A DNA stretch of 64,000 nt from positions 4,478,213 to 4,542,212 of the forward strand of contig CM082589.2 of NCBI GenBank assembly GCA_040954595.2. Reading direction: 5' to 3'. The stretch comes from Balanoglossus misakiensis. Its lineage: Eukaryota; Animalia; Hemichordata. The notes beneath the pieces are model-generated. The model did not search any database and was not told the origin of the DNA. It saw only the letters and a program-made list of their open reading frames with translations. The translations under genes were made by a program, and so were the position numbers. This document shows, in pieces, positions 14,101-29,700 of the stretch; within the stretch, counting starts at the first letter, position 1; every line of letters starts with the position of its first letter.

Positions 14101-17100
14101 AACTAATAAAACGGCAGCAATTATGAAAGCATTAAACAAATTTAAGTGAAAAAATATTCAGCCCTAAATCTGACCATACATGAAGGTTACACTCTAATGC
14201 ATTGGATCTTCCAAATGTTCAAAGGTGAATATTGCATCTGTACCACAATTTAGCTTTACTGCGAAGTAATCGTTGTGATGACGATCACAATAAATGTAAA
14301 GAACCAAATCACGTTTCAACACACGTTCTATTTGTACAATATGTAGAAATACACGGTTATCTCCAACAGATCGTGACTTTCGTTCATTGTTCTTATATGC
14401 CAGATGTTGCAAGTAGGGCTTCGGTTTAGCTTTAATCGTCTCCCTTTTTCTGGCATCATTAAACCTTCGGGCTAATTCCGGTCCGTGCATGCGCGGTGAT
14501 TAAAATGTTGCCTTCACAATCAGTTAAAGTAAGGGAGATTATTCAGTCACCAGCTTGGACAAAGGCTCTATCTAAGATGCGAATACTCCCTCGATTTTTC
14601 CCCCTTGCCCGGCGGAAATAAATCAATTTCCTGCGGTTTGCGTTTGTGTTACTTTGTGAAGGGTTTAATGTTACCTGAAATGTATGAAGCAAACCAGCTG
14701 AATGACGTAATGATCAGTAACAGTATACGTTCAAAGCAATCGACGACGCTCCGTCTGCTGGATTCATCGTTTGTGAATGCTGTTGGTTTTTCCCGACTAA
14801 TTGCCGTTAGCCACAGGCGCACTGGTAAGAAGATTGAAATGACGCGAAAGACCAGCGAATTTACACAGATTGTATATAGAATCAACGTAGCAAGGAGAAC
14901 AAAGACTCGATTTTGTAGTAAAGTCAGGAATTGCATAGACTCTCATTTCTCCAGGCAATTATTTTCGCTCGATTTACAGCGGAATTATGGCTGTCATCTA
15001 AACAAAACATAATCTTGCGTATGGTGGATTTTTCAAGGAAAATTAAATTTCTATGGACTCGGTTTGTTTATGACGACAATGCAAATCGGGTATCGCGTGA
15101 CCAGTGTATTAAAGCCTTTGATATTCCCATAGGATGGGGTTACCAAATTGAGTGACATAACGTTATCAAAATTAAATAGTTGGTGGTTTATTTTGTAGAC
15201 AACACTTGTTTTCAGTGCAAAATAAAACTAACAAGCTCAGGAAGATTGCCCTTCGGTATCTCACCGCATCTAATCAAGAAAACAGGACAAATACTGCCTC
15301 GCGCTCGTTTTTAAAGTTTTAATGACATTTTGTGAGAACTGCTACATTCTATATGCATTTGTATTCGTAGCTGAAATATCACGATTGTATACGCGCATGC
15401 CCAAATCACCACCTCGCGTCCACCACAGGGCGCCCTCTGTTGATACACAAAGGACACGGGCAAGAGAACAGCGAGACACCCCATGAAAACGTCCAATTTT
15501 AGGTCGTGTGGTACATGTACACGTACTCGATGTCATTATCACCTGTTGTTCTGTGCTTGAGCAGGATCAACCCTTACAATGGTGACTGCGGAACAAGGTG
15601 CATGTATGTCAAGACAGTAATTACGCCGGGTTTCCCACGTCACCCGCCTCTTGTTGTGAGCTCTAACTGACGTGCTTTCAACAGAAATCACATATGACCT
15701 CTTTATTCTTCAGTCGCTGTGCCTACAAAACAGCAGTTTGAGGCGTCTAGAAATTAGCTATTAGTCGGGCAATACGGAAGTCGGTTTCCTGAATTCCGGT
15801 CATGTCAATGTTGCAAAACGGAAAAGATGGTCAAAGGCCATCTGAAAATTGCACAGCGCAGGTGTTTCGGGGAAGGTTACGGTGGCCTTTAGTCACATCC
15901 CTTACAGCTTTTATAAAGGAAAGACTCTGTTTATTTGACCAGAAAACACGCGTCCTCTGAGACTATACATGTACGTGATTCCCTCACATTAATTCCTCTG
16001 TTTCGGAGGTTAGCAACCGATAAAATAAAATTACAAGTGGTTCTTGCTTATGTGTAAATTGCCAATATACTGTGGCGTTTTACACGAGCCCTGTGATATA
16101 ACTGAGGTGATAGGGCGTGGGTATTTTCCTGGCTATTGATTGTGACCATATTTCTGTAGGCCCTTAATAACATCAGATAATATATAAAGAGATACAGTGT
16201 TCGGGTTCTGGCATTGCTCACAGGGAAACGAGAACGGCATCGGGCAGCCTTTCTGCGCGTCCACGGGCGGGTGATTTGTGGCTCGATTTACGTCATTTTA
16301 AAAAATAGACGCCATCGGTATTCCGTTCGGGTGTTTGCCCGGTTATCGAGCCGTTGATGCCCGTGGTGAAACAGGAATGGTTCGTTTATAATGATCTATC
16401 TGTCGGGGAAATCGCTGCATTGTTCCGTGTAATCGTAACCTGCAGGCGTGACTTCATCAGCGAAAAATGTGTAGTGGCGTGATTTTCTGCAGACGGCATG
16501 TCGATTAGTCTAGAGGGTTTTTTCACGTGAGAGCACGAGTTCGATTGCCGTTAGCGATAATGTTTTTCCATCTGTTAATATTACTTTGGAGTGTGAGTAC
16601 AATATGTTGCAAACACCTTGTATTGTAGAAACTACAATAACCACCAAAAAAAGTCCAATGTTTTAAATTACTAATTGCATGTTATTGATTTGTTATTGTT
16701 TTAGCTCCCGTGGTTATATGCAAGACCTAATGACGTATTGATTCAAGTATCTCGACAGAAGTTGGACAATTGCGCCTGATTGGTATCAATGAGTCGGTTT
16801 TGATGTATGATTCATCAAAAAATGTGAAAATGGAGAAGTGATCACTGCGTCGAAGAGTTCATTATAATCCCTTAAACATGACAAGTGAATTCTTTGAAGT
16901 GAGATCAAATTCAGTACATCGAGGTATGATGAATGGGCTTTTTAATTAAATATACAAATTAGTTCATTTCGGCGAAGCATGACCACGGTGAGTTCAACAT
17001 AATACTAACAGTAACTTTTGTGTGGTAAGCCGACTCAAATTGTGCACGCGACATGTGACAATCAATCATAGAATCAAGCTTGGTTACAACAACCTCATTA

Positions 17101-20100
17101 AACTAAGTTGATATATAGTTTATCATGGACATATACATACAATTTCCCTTATACCAAATTATGCGTAATGCTGCTCAAACTTGTTTGTTTATCAGAGGAA
17201 CAGATAGACAGACACTGTCAGACAGACAGACAGACTGACAGAAACGCACCATGGCATATGCACGTAATTTGAGTTACAGTATGCCAATAATGGCGCAGGA
17301 CTCTACTTGGGGCCGACATAGTTCGGTTTAAAACGTTTAATAAAACGACCTTTGCACTTTGCCATTCGATAATGCAGTGGATTGATTAAAACGTAATAAA
17401 ACTATGATAAATTGAAAAAGGAGAACTTGGCTCCATCTTTCTTGTTCCGAAAGTATGACGAATCGATCATTTGTCAGTGCACGATCAAAGCGCAGACGAC
17501 AACGTTTCACCTCTTCGTTTCAAGGGTGACGCGGAGGGGGGATTTAAAGCGTACTTAAGATGAGTGATTTATCATTTTGTATAGAGATGTTGCTTCTTCC
17601 TAGAAAACCTATATTTCAGTTTGCGTGGAAAATCCGTTGACGCGTCATGCTTTAATGGAGAAACGGTGTTTAATCGTTGTTCGTGGTAAATTTGGCGGTT
17701 AAGTAACTTAAGTATATGGCAGTAATGGCATACAAACTGTTGAATATACGCGTACACTAACACTGAATAAAAATATGAGGTTGGCAGAGATTGATATTCA
17801 GAAACTTGGGCGCCTAACTGTCATAAGAGTACATTGCTTTGAATTGCGCGTGGGTTGTAAGAGCTTGCCTTATGGGATGCTTCAGCTATTTAAATTGGTA
17901 GGATTATGAGTTAAGGGCTGACGAGTTTCGAGTGAGTACAAGGAAGGATTAGCAAGATTTTCATCCATAGTGAGGTCAAATTTTGTTGGTACTGAATAAG
18001 TAATTATTTTGGATTTGCTGCCGGACACTGAGCACGTATAAACAGAATGTGAACTTCATAGTCGCAATCATGGCGAATAGACATGCGCAATTCAACTGAA
18101 AGGACGAGAGAAAAAAAGAAAGAAAAAAGCGTCAAATGTAGGTTTTGATAATGACAAATGATACATCGTGTGTGAGGGGACAGTGATAACAGTCAACGAA
18201 GCGTCACATGGTAAACTAAATAATCATTTTTTGATTCCATCATGTTTTTTCAAACACGACCGTGTTACTTCCACGACAGTCCGTCGAAAGATAAGACGTT
18301 GCACGATTAGCGATGACAAACAGTTGTTAAACTGAAAATAAGAGGAAAGTCTGTTCATGTTTCTCATTTTAAGAGAGAATAATCTAAAGTTGCCTTGAGC
18401 AAAATATAGGAAACCGTTTAAGTTAATATCTTGATTATTACAGGACTACGCTCTATCATGTGGTTGCTTTTACCGCAATGATACAGACTTCTGAAATCCA
18501 CTGTGCGTCACGTGACTAATTTGTACATGTTGGCTTAGCATGATATCGTTTTTAAGCACGCGGAGTTAATAAATCTTCTTTAAATTAGACTCTTCAGTAC
18601 ATTTGGGTCATCCTGACATCTGCAGTGGTACGCGGAGACAAACATTCGTAGGAGCTATGCGAATAGCCACGAAATACACATGGGATGTATCATACCTATA
18701 CCACTATGGCAAGTACGCTTTCCGGTTGCACAGTTTACATGATTGATTTTTTAAAGTTGCGCATTCCTACATATACATGTACACCCTGGTCAAATATACT
18801 AAGACTCTCACCATATGGCCGAAATACTGAACTTTGCTTTCGTGTATATCGATTTTCCAAAACGACCAACGTTCTGATCGGGCGGTTACAACCTATCTAG
18901 GTTAAAGAGGATGTTATTTGACAGAATAATTACTAAGCGACACTGATATAAACCACGTGTTGGTTTTTACAGAGCAAGAAAAGTACACGCACATGACATT
19001 GAATCCCCGGCCGTTAAACGTTATAACATGGCAATGGCTACCGACATTAAATTAATTGCCCTTTCGTGTCAAAAGCATTAAACAAAACAAGTTTTAACTA
19101 ACACACGCGAATCCTGGTGTGGCAACAGATTATTTTGTCACGTGATCAGTAGCATGCACGTACAGCAGTGACCCGTTTCATGATAAGGGTCTAAAGATTT
19201 TACGATACATACAGCCAATTATGGGAACAGAGTTTACATGTTTTTGATGCCAATACATCGACGCGGTTTGAGTATAGTTTTAAACATTTCGGTATAGTTG
19301 ACAACATTTTCTCAAGGTCTACTCAGAATGGCGCCACCCAGAATGCCAGAAAAAATCGCACAAGAATAATCTTTGTGGAGCGCTGTTCTAGATTAGCACT
19401 TATTCTTTGATAAATTTGGCTTGGATAATCCTTTCAGGAAACTGGACACAAGAAAAATACCAATATATGTTGCTTCTGTTTTTTTTATTTATTTTCTTTA
19501 TGTTTAGATCGCCTGCTTTGGAGGCGTCATAAAACCACTTCTTTCCTACCTTAAAATAAGCGTTCACCCAGGAGAATATTGGATTGATTCGGGTGAATTA
19601 TATGTTATTATAGAAGATGCCGCGTTAACTCTTCAGAATTTCTTCACTAAAGTAAGTATAATCCGTTCGTTAAGTTGTACTTAGAGCTCAGATTGTCTCC
19701 AATTACTTTGTAATCAAAACGAATGGCTCCGCGTGGGTGGTACTATAACATCTAACGCAAGAACAAACGTGACGCCATGAAAAATAAAATAGTGCGAAAA
19801 ATACATAAGTACAGCTGCGGCAACATGGCTGACATTTTAGAACCAGGGAACGATCAACACATATTTTTATGCTTCGCGCGCCTCCTCCATCTGTCGTCAA
19901 AGACGACGGTTTCGAACCCTGGAAAGCGTGAGGTACACGATTGCTGATGGTTTGACCCGCTGCAGAATATGTCATCGAAAATTGAAGCCTGACACGTGAA
20001 AGTAGGTTTTCAACAAGTTGACGAGGAGGCGAAGTGGTGTTAGTTGCGGAATTTGTGTCGCGTTAAACGGTAACAGATGGAACAATGCAGCGCGTGTTTC

Positions 20101-23100
20101 CGTTGTCGCCTATTCGGTTCACTGCTCGAAAGCATTATCTGAAACATTAGTGAAGAAATAAAAACGTTTGGAGAACCGTCACTTTCCTGGAATTCTGTTA
20201 CCGAGGCGCGTAATACCTTAATGGGCTGATGGATGGATAAATGTTACACAGAAGCCTATTTTTGTTATTTTATCTACATATTTCCCTGAATGAATGAATG
20301 AAAAGTTTTCTGGTGGTAGCCTGAATGATAAGTGGGGTCCTTGTAGTGGTTCTGTTACCTTCACTTTCTTTATATCAGAGACATTGTTAGTTTAAAGAAT
20401 TGTACAATCGGATATTGCACTTTCGCCACACTGCGTTGACATTCAGCTTCAAGCCCCGAAGACTGAACAGTGCCGGATATCATATCCTCAATGGCCCAAG
20501 GGTGACACCCGCGATAAAAAAGCTAGTGCAAAACTGCCTTTTGGTAAACAGTCATTTGAGCAACGGGAAGTATGTCATATTGTGGTCGAACTCTGAATAA
20601 ATCAATTTGTCCTCTTAAATTCATGGAAACATTAAATGGCGAAGGTGTTCGTAAATCTTTCCTGGGATCACCCCGAGCTACAGAGAAGCGATGATTAAAC
20701 TTCAGCTGAAGTGGAAACTCATTAATTCAGGGGAATTTATCACGTGTTTATATAACTCATGGGGGCATCCACGCCGCAATACATTTGTGTCCAGCAATAC
20801 CCCCCCTCTCCCTCACTGTCTCATATCTCGAGATAGTCCATTAAAATAACCGTAAAATTTGAATAACGCACAGAGCACAGACATGTGTAAATATAACTAT
20901 GAGAAGGTATGCAGGATTTTATGTAACGACCTCAGTAGACAAATGTTATGTGTATCCCGGGTACAATTTACAATAACATTTTCTACACATGGCATAGTGT
21001 AGTTTGAAGCCTGGTATAAATTTCAGCGTTTTATGTTTGCTGTAATAAAAAGGGCAAAAGTAACATGTGTCCGTGATATATAAGAACGGGTGTTCTGCAG
21101 AATCTCAAGCAATAATTTGCTGTCAACGTTTTTCTATTTTCAAAAGTTGTTTCAAACACCATGCGAATTATTGAACGGGCCAATAACAGGGCACGTATAT
21201 AGTAACGTGAATTATTTCAACTATTACCTGCACTACGACTCGAAATCCCAACTAATGCGCTGGCGGCTTATTTGAAGGATAAGCGTGAAGGGTTGTGGTG
21301 GGTGAACACGGTATATAGGAGGCAGCTTAGAGATATTTATTATCTCCAATATACTCAGCAAAGCCTACGGTGTCCTCTCTCAGACTTTCATTCATTTCGC
21401 GGATGGCATTACATGTCCTTCCCTTCACCAGCTTGGCATGGTCTTAATATCTCAGATCCCTTCTAAGTCCCTTATAATTGGCGCTGGAAGGAGCGCCCTT
21501 TTGTTTTCATTCGGTCTGAAGCGATGAGCATCCATACAGATCTGTATCTATATAATGACCCACACGGTCTCTCATCCTAAAAAGCAGACAGGCGACTAAA
21601 GATTTCCCCTTTTCATGTAAACTAGTCAGATTTGAGTATGATTAAATCCGGGCTAAGGAGAATATTCTGTAGATGCCATTCTTGCTCGTGTTGCTGAGTG
21701 CATGCCTGTTATATTATTTCTGTAAAGACCAACGAGACATTGAAAGTTGGTGTCTCCACAGCCTTTGTCAATATTTCGTTCTTGATTAGCACCGCAGAAA
21801 TGCATCAATCTGAAGACGATTTGACGTTATTAGCTACTTTGCAGTCGAACATCCGCACGTGGTGATGAGCGAGTCTATATAAGAAGCCGTCCCCGGATAT
21901 TTGATAGTGACAAGTCCCACGTAAATGACAGCGGCAATTGTCATCCAAAGAACTACAAGCAACAGTTGCTTGCATGATGTCCTTGGCTTAGCCGTTCAAA
22001 ATAAGGGCATGATAATTCGCTTTTTAGCGGACGTGTCCTGTTAGAAGTTATTATTCATGTTCACACGGAAGAGATGTGTCAAAATAACCTACTTACATTC
22101 AAAAAAGTAATACCTTTTTCACGCATAGGAATACAAAACGCCTTTTTCGCGAATATGAGTACGAAACGAATGTTACACTTACGGACTTGCCATATTGGCA
22201 TTCAATGTGTTCTTTTGAAATAAAATGACATATAAGATTATTAACACGTTTTGACTGGATTCTACCTCGGGATGATCGACACGATTGCCCCAAGAGTGTA
22301 ATGGTTGCGCCCCCTTTTAACGGACGGTAAATTTGAATAATTGAGTTCGTCAATCATAACGTTTCCTCTCAGTATGACAAGCCTCGAGTTTTCCTTTTGG
22401 ATTTTTCTGACAAGATGTTCTCAAAAGCAATGACTGTAATTTAAGACGTTGGATTTTGACAAGGGGTTAATACTATGGGATAAAGCTAGAGAGACTTAAG
22501 ATGCAAGTTTCTGAGCTGTCAACTCAGATATACAATCTCAAGATGGCTAAAATTATTTCTTGCAATCTTCAACAGATTTTTACTTCATGCTAAGGGGTCA
22601 TGATCAAATCACATTATAATCATTGCACTTTGGGTATTAGGTCGACAACTCACAGCAGTACGACTTTAAAGAAATGGTCAAACATTTCTAGACCCTCTAA
22701 GTAGTTAGAACGCATTAAACTTTTTTTCACGTTTTATGTCTTCTGCTACAAAAGTTTCAGAATTATCCAACAACGCTTATGAACTTCAAGTTGTTCAGCA
22801 TGGCAATATTCCGCCATCTTGAAATTGCATGTGCGTCAAATTATGGCATAAATTTAAAGGAAACACGTAGAATGTTGGAACAGGCTGTGAAATTTCTAGC
22901 CCGAAACTGCGCTAGGAAAAGCTTTTGTCACCCATATTAAGAGGTCTTAAAGGTTTATTTATGCGCCTAATAGGAATCTCAAACGAGCGATCGATATTTG
23001 GGGTGCGAAACTGGCGCGTCGTATAATATGTGTGTGTTTTGATATTAAGCACAGTTCCCCTGGCAACAATAAATGTTTATCAACCACGAAGAGGTGTCGT

Positions 23101-24502
23101 TGAAAATGATGCAATAATGCTCAGCAATGTTAACGACTTTATCGATCGAATTTGGTGTCGGTGGGGACGACATCTGACAGTAAATGAACCAAAGCACTTG
23201 GGAAAGTGTGGAAGGAATGGGATTGACATGTATTAAAATAAAACTCAGAAGGTTATCACAACAATGGAAGAATTAAACATTTAGTACTGTTTAAAGTCGG
23301 TGGGTCAGTTTTACATCTGGAAAAACACTTAAAGGGAAAGGGTCGTGGGTGAGAATATGTCCTCCCATATAAAGCGCAAACCCCACTGCAGTCACCACGA
23401 CCTACTAGGATCGTCAGTTTAGTCATGCCCAGCGTACGCTACGGTTGGCTGCTTTGTTCATTCTCAGAATGATCTAATTTCAGGTATTTGTGGATGAATT
23501 GTGATGTTCATAAACAAACAAACGCGGCACGACGACCCCGTCACTTTAAAGGAAGACGTACCATCTCGAGTTACACGTGCGCGTCAATGATTTGCTGTTT
23601 ATTTTTATGACTTGTAATATCGCCCCGAGTTTGCGACGGGCGTTTAGATAAGAAATGTGTCACTTTAATCAAAACTTCGACACCATCAATATATACGATT
23701 GCGAAACGTGTTGAGCCTGACGGCAATATTACATGTATACACCGATCATTTGCATGCGTTTCAGTATCTTAGGTTTTAATCTATTCGGGCCTACGGAAAA
23801 CCCTGGACGACTAGTGTCTGTCGTCGAATTTGAAGGGAAAATGCCTGTCGGAAAGTTAATTTCTAGGAGTCTGCTAGTCAAAATGAAACGGCAAATCAAA
23901 CGGCGCGCGGTGCTGGTTACCCTGTGTTCAAAAAGCAGACGTTTCTAATAAAAATGCGATTCACGCCCGCCAATAATGGACGTAATTAGTATCGCATAAC
24001 GCGAGCTTGGAATATCTAGAAGGACAGTCTTTACGAATATGAGACACGAAATTTGCAATTTCCCTCTCGTCTAATAAGAAATAATGATACCGTGCTTACT
24101 TAGCATATGCATTTAATGGAAAGTCATTAATACATTTATGATATGAGAAAACTTTCCTTCTCCAGTGATAATACTGTTTTGTTAGTAAAATCTCCATCGA
24201 ATGATACAGTGACGTCATTTCAAATCAGAACGAATTTTAAAACTTAAAACGTATACATGTGTACATATGAAAGGAGCGTGAAAGTAGTTCAGCAGTGAAA
24301 CAATATACTGTCAATATACCTCTAAGTGGACGTGCACAAAGACAGTATATTCCCTCAAATATCGTGTTATCATGATTTCCTTTTACTGGAATTAAAAAAA
24401 TAAGACATCTCTTCACAGTGCACTAAGCAAAGAATCTGAGTCTGCGTAAACAACAACGGATGAGATTATTGCCTTATATGTTTCTTGCCATTTTATGTCT
24501 TA

Positions 24503-24731
24503 GGTAGAATGCACCTAGAAAAAGTCTCTCTTAAAATTGAGAGAAAATGCGGAATTTTGAATAAGAGGGCCAACTTGTCTCAAATTTTAAATTTAAAGTG
24601 ATCGCCAGTCTGTGTTAACTCTATGGAGAATATTAAACGTGGAAAGCATTTATTAAAACAAGAAGGAAAACACCCATTTTTTTCCTCTTGTAAAGCAAAG
24701 AATTGACTGTTATTTTTTCGCGCATACTACC
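24503..24731. mobile_element. Short MITE, PIF/Harbinger-type (229 bp, degenerate)
   Basis: Left end GGTAGAATGCAC matches the reverse complement of the right end GGTAGTATGCGC at 10/12. TTA flanks both sides (24500-24502, 24732-24734). A TWA 3-bp TSD is characteristic of PIF/Harbinger. Confidence 0.6.
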
Positions 24732-27700
24732 TTAAGATACCGCATGTTCTACTGACTGTGTCCAATGAACATGATGACAGAACGCTAGTGGGTTCTCCAC
24801 CCCGCGATGAAAATTAATCACTGCTAAGCCACAGCAAATTGATGCACTACCAACACTGCAACAACGATACCCATCCAATCAAACAGTTTTATTTGTCGCC
24901 TCAGAAAATCAATAGCCGGCGATTTGGATAACACGAGTTCTCTTCACCTAATTACACTGTACACGGTGTTCTCGATGCCTGTCTTCGATTTCCACGCTTA
25001 CGGGACAATGCTTAATACGTTCGGACTTATAAGGACATTAACGTCTACATCGGGTTATCTCTACGAGGTGCGCCGGGTAATTTGCTAGATCGACAGGTCT
25101 AAAGGCAGATGATCAGAATCTTTACCAAACCTCTTGTGGAACGAGACTTGAGCTTTAAGAGACTTGAAGGCATATCTTGTTATCACGAATGGCGTGTTAG
25201 GTACGTACGAACCGGTTGAACGGTATAGGGTTACATTTATATTCCAACTACAACGATCTCTTGGAAATGCTTGTACAGTCATTCCAATTTCGAACACTAG
25301 GTTGTATAACGCAAAATTATTGGAAGAAAAGAAAACCTGCCTATCTCTGTTTCTGTCTCAATTGCTTTACAATAACAACAAGTAGAACGAAAGTGCCTTG
25401 TTTTTTTCTTTTAACAGTCTTTTGGTAGTTTACATGCAAGGGGCTTGCAGACGGGATCAATAAAGCAATCTCCCATGACTATGAATTATGACCTTACACA
25501 TGATAATGTGTCCTTTTCAGGATCCTAGAAGGATTGCTTTCAGCGTTGAGAGCATTAGCGCCAGTATTTCAACAGTTGGATGTTAGAATATACACCTGTT
25601 TGATTTTAAAGGTCTTTTTATACTCATAACACGGCATTCGATATTAGAGGAGAATTATTACAATAATTTGATAATAAACGGAAGATTGGTTCATAATAAG
25701 AAGGCGACAGAGAGAGGGGGGAGGCTGAGAGAGGCCACATGTTTTAATACAATCTCGTAGTATAGCAACCGTCCGACCAACGTATTCACTCTCAAACGGG
25801 TTCATTTTCAAATCATGGTATATCGACGTGTATCACCTCTGGCGGCGTGCAGTGGCCTTGTAATCCGACGGCAATATTTGATTTGTTAGGGGCGTCGATA
25901 CGGCCCAGTCATTTGAAGCGCCGAGTCACTTTGCTAGGCGATTTGTTGTCGTAGGCTGATTGCTCGATTCCTACTACGTGTACATCACCATATATCACTT
26001 TATTCTATGAACACTGATGATAGCAATTTGAAACCAATTCGAAGCGTGTTTTTTTTCGCCTATATAGATTCTTCGGCCTAGGTAAACCGTTATCCTATTC
26101 TCTATTACTGAAAATGTAGGCGTAATTGCTATTGGATACCCGGCTGTATTCCACCTGCTGTAAGACGGTGCATGCATGTAATTTCCGGACGGCAGATAAA
26201 TTTATATTTTGAACCGGCAGTGCTGCGGCAATCTATCCAAATCAACATCTACAACTTTCGTATCATGCGCGAGACTGAAGCGAATGCCACGACATGTAGG
26301 CCTACAAAAATAACGTGGCGCGTTACCTGTTTTTTGCTTCTCAATAACCTTATTTCTGTGTACCAATATGTCTGCTTCTCAACTGTAGTTTTGCTGTAAA
26401 ACACACCCGATTTAGGTCGTTGAAAACAGGCACGCATGCGTGGATGCTATTAACATGTGCTCGTTTCGGAATTCTGGTGTTTACCTTCGTTGAGACAATG
26501 ATAACGGTTTCAAAACATAGCAGCTCGAAGATAAGAAGATAGGGACACGTTTTCCTGCGTGCTTTTAGTGTTCTAACGCGTTGCCAGAGCCGTAGCCCGT
26601 CATTGAGAAAAATGACCCCATAAAACAAGAGACATTGCGCAGACTGTTGCCTCAATATATTCAAACACTCGTATTTGCTTTCCATTCGAACAACCAGATA
26701 CAGTTGAAGTCGGCAATCAATCAACGCAATATCAAGGCAAACTTTGACACTTTACATTGTACGTCAGAATCTGATATGCGTGCCCCACGCGAACCATAAA
26801 TGCACAAATTATTGTACGAATAAAGCAGGCCAATATAAGCTAGCTTCAGGTTGCAGGATTACAGGACGAGGCGACAGGAAATATTTACACGGGGATTCAG
26901 CCGTCTGTTCTAAATTGTTAAAATACGAGCGCTTGAAAAATTGTGACCGGGGGGAGAGATTTAAATATTTAACCAGTCGGGAATAAGTATACATGGCAAC
27001 ATTGCACTGCACATGTTCTTTTTCTTAACTTTAGGAAACAATCTCTTAAGCCATCTCTGCATATCTCTAATGCCATTTTCACTTGGGAAAATAATGCACT
27101 GATATTTATCCTCCATTGCTGCGTGATATCGTGCCCGCTGATTGGCCCGGGTGTATTTATCTGATTCAAAATGGCCGTCATGGGGACATTATTGTCGTCA
27201 GCGATATCGTGCTAGATTACATGGCGCGGTTTGCGATAAGATTTGAAATAACCTTCTAGGGCCTTCAGCTTGTTCTACTTGAAGATTTGTTTGGGGACGA
27301 TTTTTTCCCTGTCGAGTGCATATACATGTAGTCAAGAGTCTGTCCACTCGACGTGTGTATGATAGTGATGTCGTTATATCCTCACAAATCTACCATATTG
27401 CTTAGCCCATTTTTTTCCCTGCCTAAGGTAACTCGTACTTATGTGATGTACTGAACTCCATTATGAAACCGAGTGATTTCCATGACAGATACGGTGTACT
27501 ATAATCATACTTTAATTACTTGCAAAGGAGTTAGACTTTCCGTTTTTATGGCCTTTTTCAAACATGTTGTTACAGTTGCAAAAAGGGTTATGTCGCATGC
27601 AAACAGTGACGTCCTCTTAAAGAATTCTACCAGGGCCTACTGTACATTTTTGAAGAATGTGCGACTCTTATTGGGGCAGCAAATCGATGTTGCCTATCAT

Positions 27701-29585
27701 ATCTATCTTGAAATGTTTACATCTCAAAACAACCACGTGACTACAAATTGCTACCGGATTTGAAATCATCCGCACAATTAGAACATCTTAGACACCCTGA
27801 AAATTGCCGCACAAATATCAAGCTTACCGTACCGCTTCTGGGAATTATTCTGTTTGCGATATTACCTTGCGGTAAAGTACCTGTTGCAGCGAATAAACCG
27901 CTTTCTTGTCACTTGGGAGTGTTAATAATGCAATATTTAATATATTTTGATGGCTACACTGCAGGCACGTAACGCGTATATGTGTTTTACTGCGTCTTTC
28001 ACGTACCGCGTATATCTTGCCTTGCCTAATGAATTCCTCCAACTTAAAGTTTACAATAGGAAAACTTAGTCGATACTAGATTGATCCACGGTCAAATATT
28101 ATGTGAGCAACATGACATCGAGTGACTCGCTGTTGCCGCCGGGTGTATAATCCGGCACTACTGTTGTCTTAACATGCTTGTGCCTACTTTACTAGCCTTG
28201 TTATTTTTTGTTTGTTCGAACTGAACGCTCATAATCCGCAAACCAATGATTCTAATTTCTTAAATGCCTGTTCTACTGAAATGCATTTCAAAGAGATTAA
28301 GATTTCGTCACGATCCACGCTACAGCTAAACCCTCCCTCTGCACGTCGACGAGTGTAATATTATACTTTCTTCGATATTTCATAAAATGACACGTTTAAA
28401 TACATGGTGTATGGGCTCCTACTCGGCACGTACGGAGCAATGTCAAAGAGAGGAAAGACCACATCAGTCACTTTTCACATATAGAAACATGTTGCTCGAT
28501 TCACTCCGTATAACTAGCTCAATTTCAGCGATGCTGTGACAATTATTGATGAAGTTGACGATCAAATTAACGAATTCGCTTGATTGTGAGTCTACGTGTA
28601 TCATTGACCTTCCATAATGATTTCAACACAGATACTGAACATCATATACATTGGTGCTACAAAGAGCGCGGTTGGATCGCTCTGGCAAAAGACGATACAG
28701 CAACGAGCAGGGTTACATTGATAATATATTACATGAAAGAAAGGTGATATTACTTGTATGAAAATTATTCCTTGAGCTTGTAGCATTTTGTGCACAATTT
28801 GTTTGTTTTTAGAGTCGGAAATGATGCACATTAAAGTCAGTAGACTTTTAATGACATCGTATATAACCTGACTACCAATATTGAAACTGTCAAGGACAGC
28901 GCATTAGTCTTGTCATAAAGAAAACCAATCAAAGATTCGGTCAGCTTCTCTACTGCTGTCCTATTAAAATTGCAAAACAAGGAAGTACATATACATTTGT
29001 TCCTTCAACCGTCAATACCATGGCCTGATGTAGGGTAAGTGCGCTTCCCATCCGCGCATCCGTTCACTTTAGGACGCCGGGGGAAAACACGCTCTTCATT
29101 TTATGATCATGCCCCCCCCCCCCCAAAAAAAAGAGACTAGAAATCAAACCGTGACTCCGAATGCTGCTGCAAAAATTAGAATCCGTTTGAAAATAACACC
29201 AAAGCATACGTGCCATTGAAAACAAGCGGGGTGTATTTGTTATTTATGTAACAATATAATAAAAGCAGGGACTCAATATGTTGGTGAAAGTATTTTCTGT
29301 TTGCTTATGTTTTAAAAAGCAATCATTCAAGCGCGAATATTTATTATATGCAATAAAACTTTGCTATCAAACACATAATGTATCAATATGTTTGCGAAAG
29401 TGTTTCTTTGTTTGGAAACAAAAGCTATCTTTAACAGTACGCTTTGGTAAATGGCAGACGTTATGGAAGATATTTAACATCGTGGCTATAAGACATGAGG
29501 TAACATCATCTGAATCCATGGAGAATTGAATCACTTTACAACATACGCTCACAATTAAGGTCAACTAGCTAACTGTCACTAGCAA

Positions 29586-29700
29586 TACATGTAGGTATGT
29601 ATATACGCGCGTGTGCGCGTCCGTGCGTGCATACATACATGTACATTAGCACATGTACGTGTGTACATGTATATGTATGCACGCATGCATGTACATGTGT
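29586..29700. repeat. Low-complexity purine-pyrimidine alternating tract (TACATGTA/CGTG/TGCA-rich)
   Basis: Visible degenerate TACA/TGTA/CGTG repeats. Confidence 0.7.

Noticed and set aside
12316-15012. Several 80-135 aa ORFs and a YY1-like motif cluster near 12463-12493
   Set aside because: No homology recognised and no consistent splice-site chain; too weak to call.
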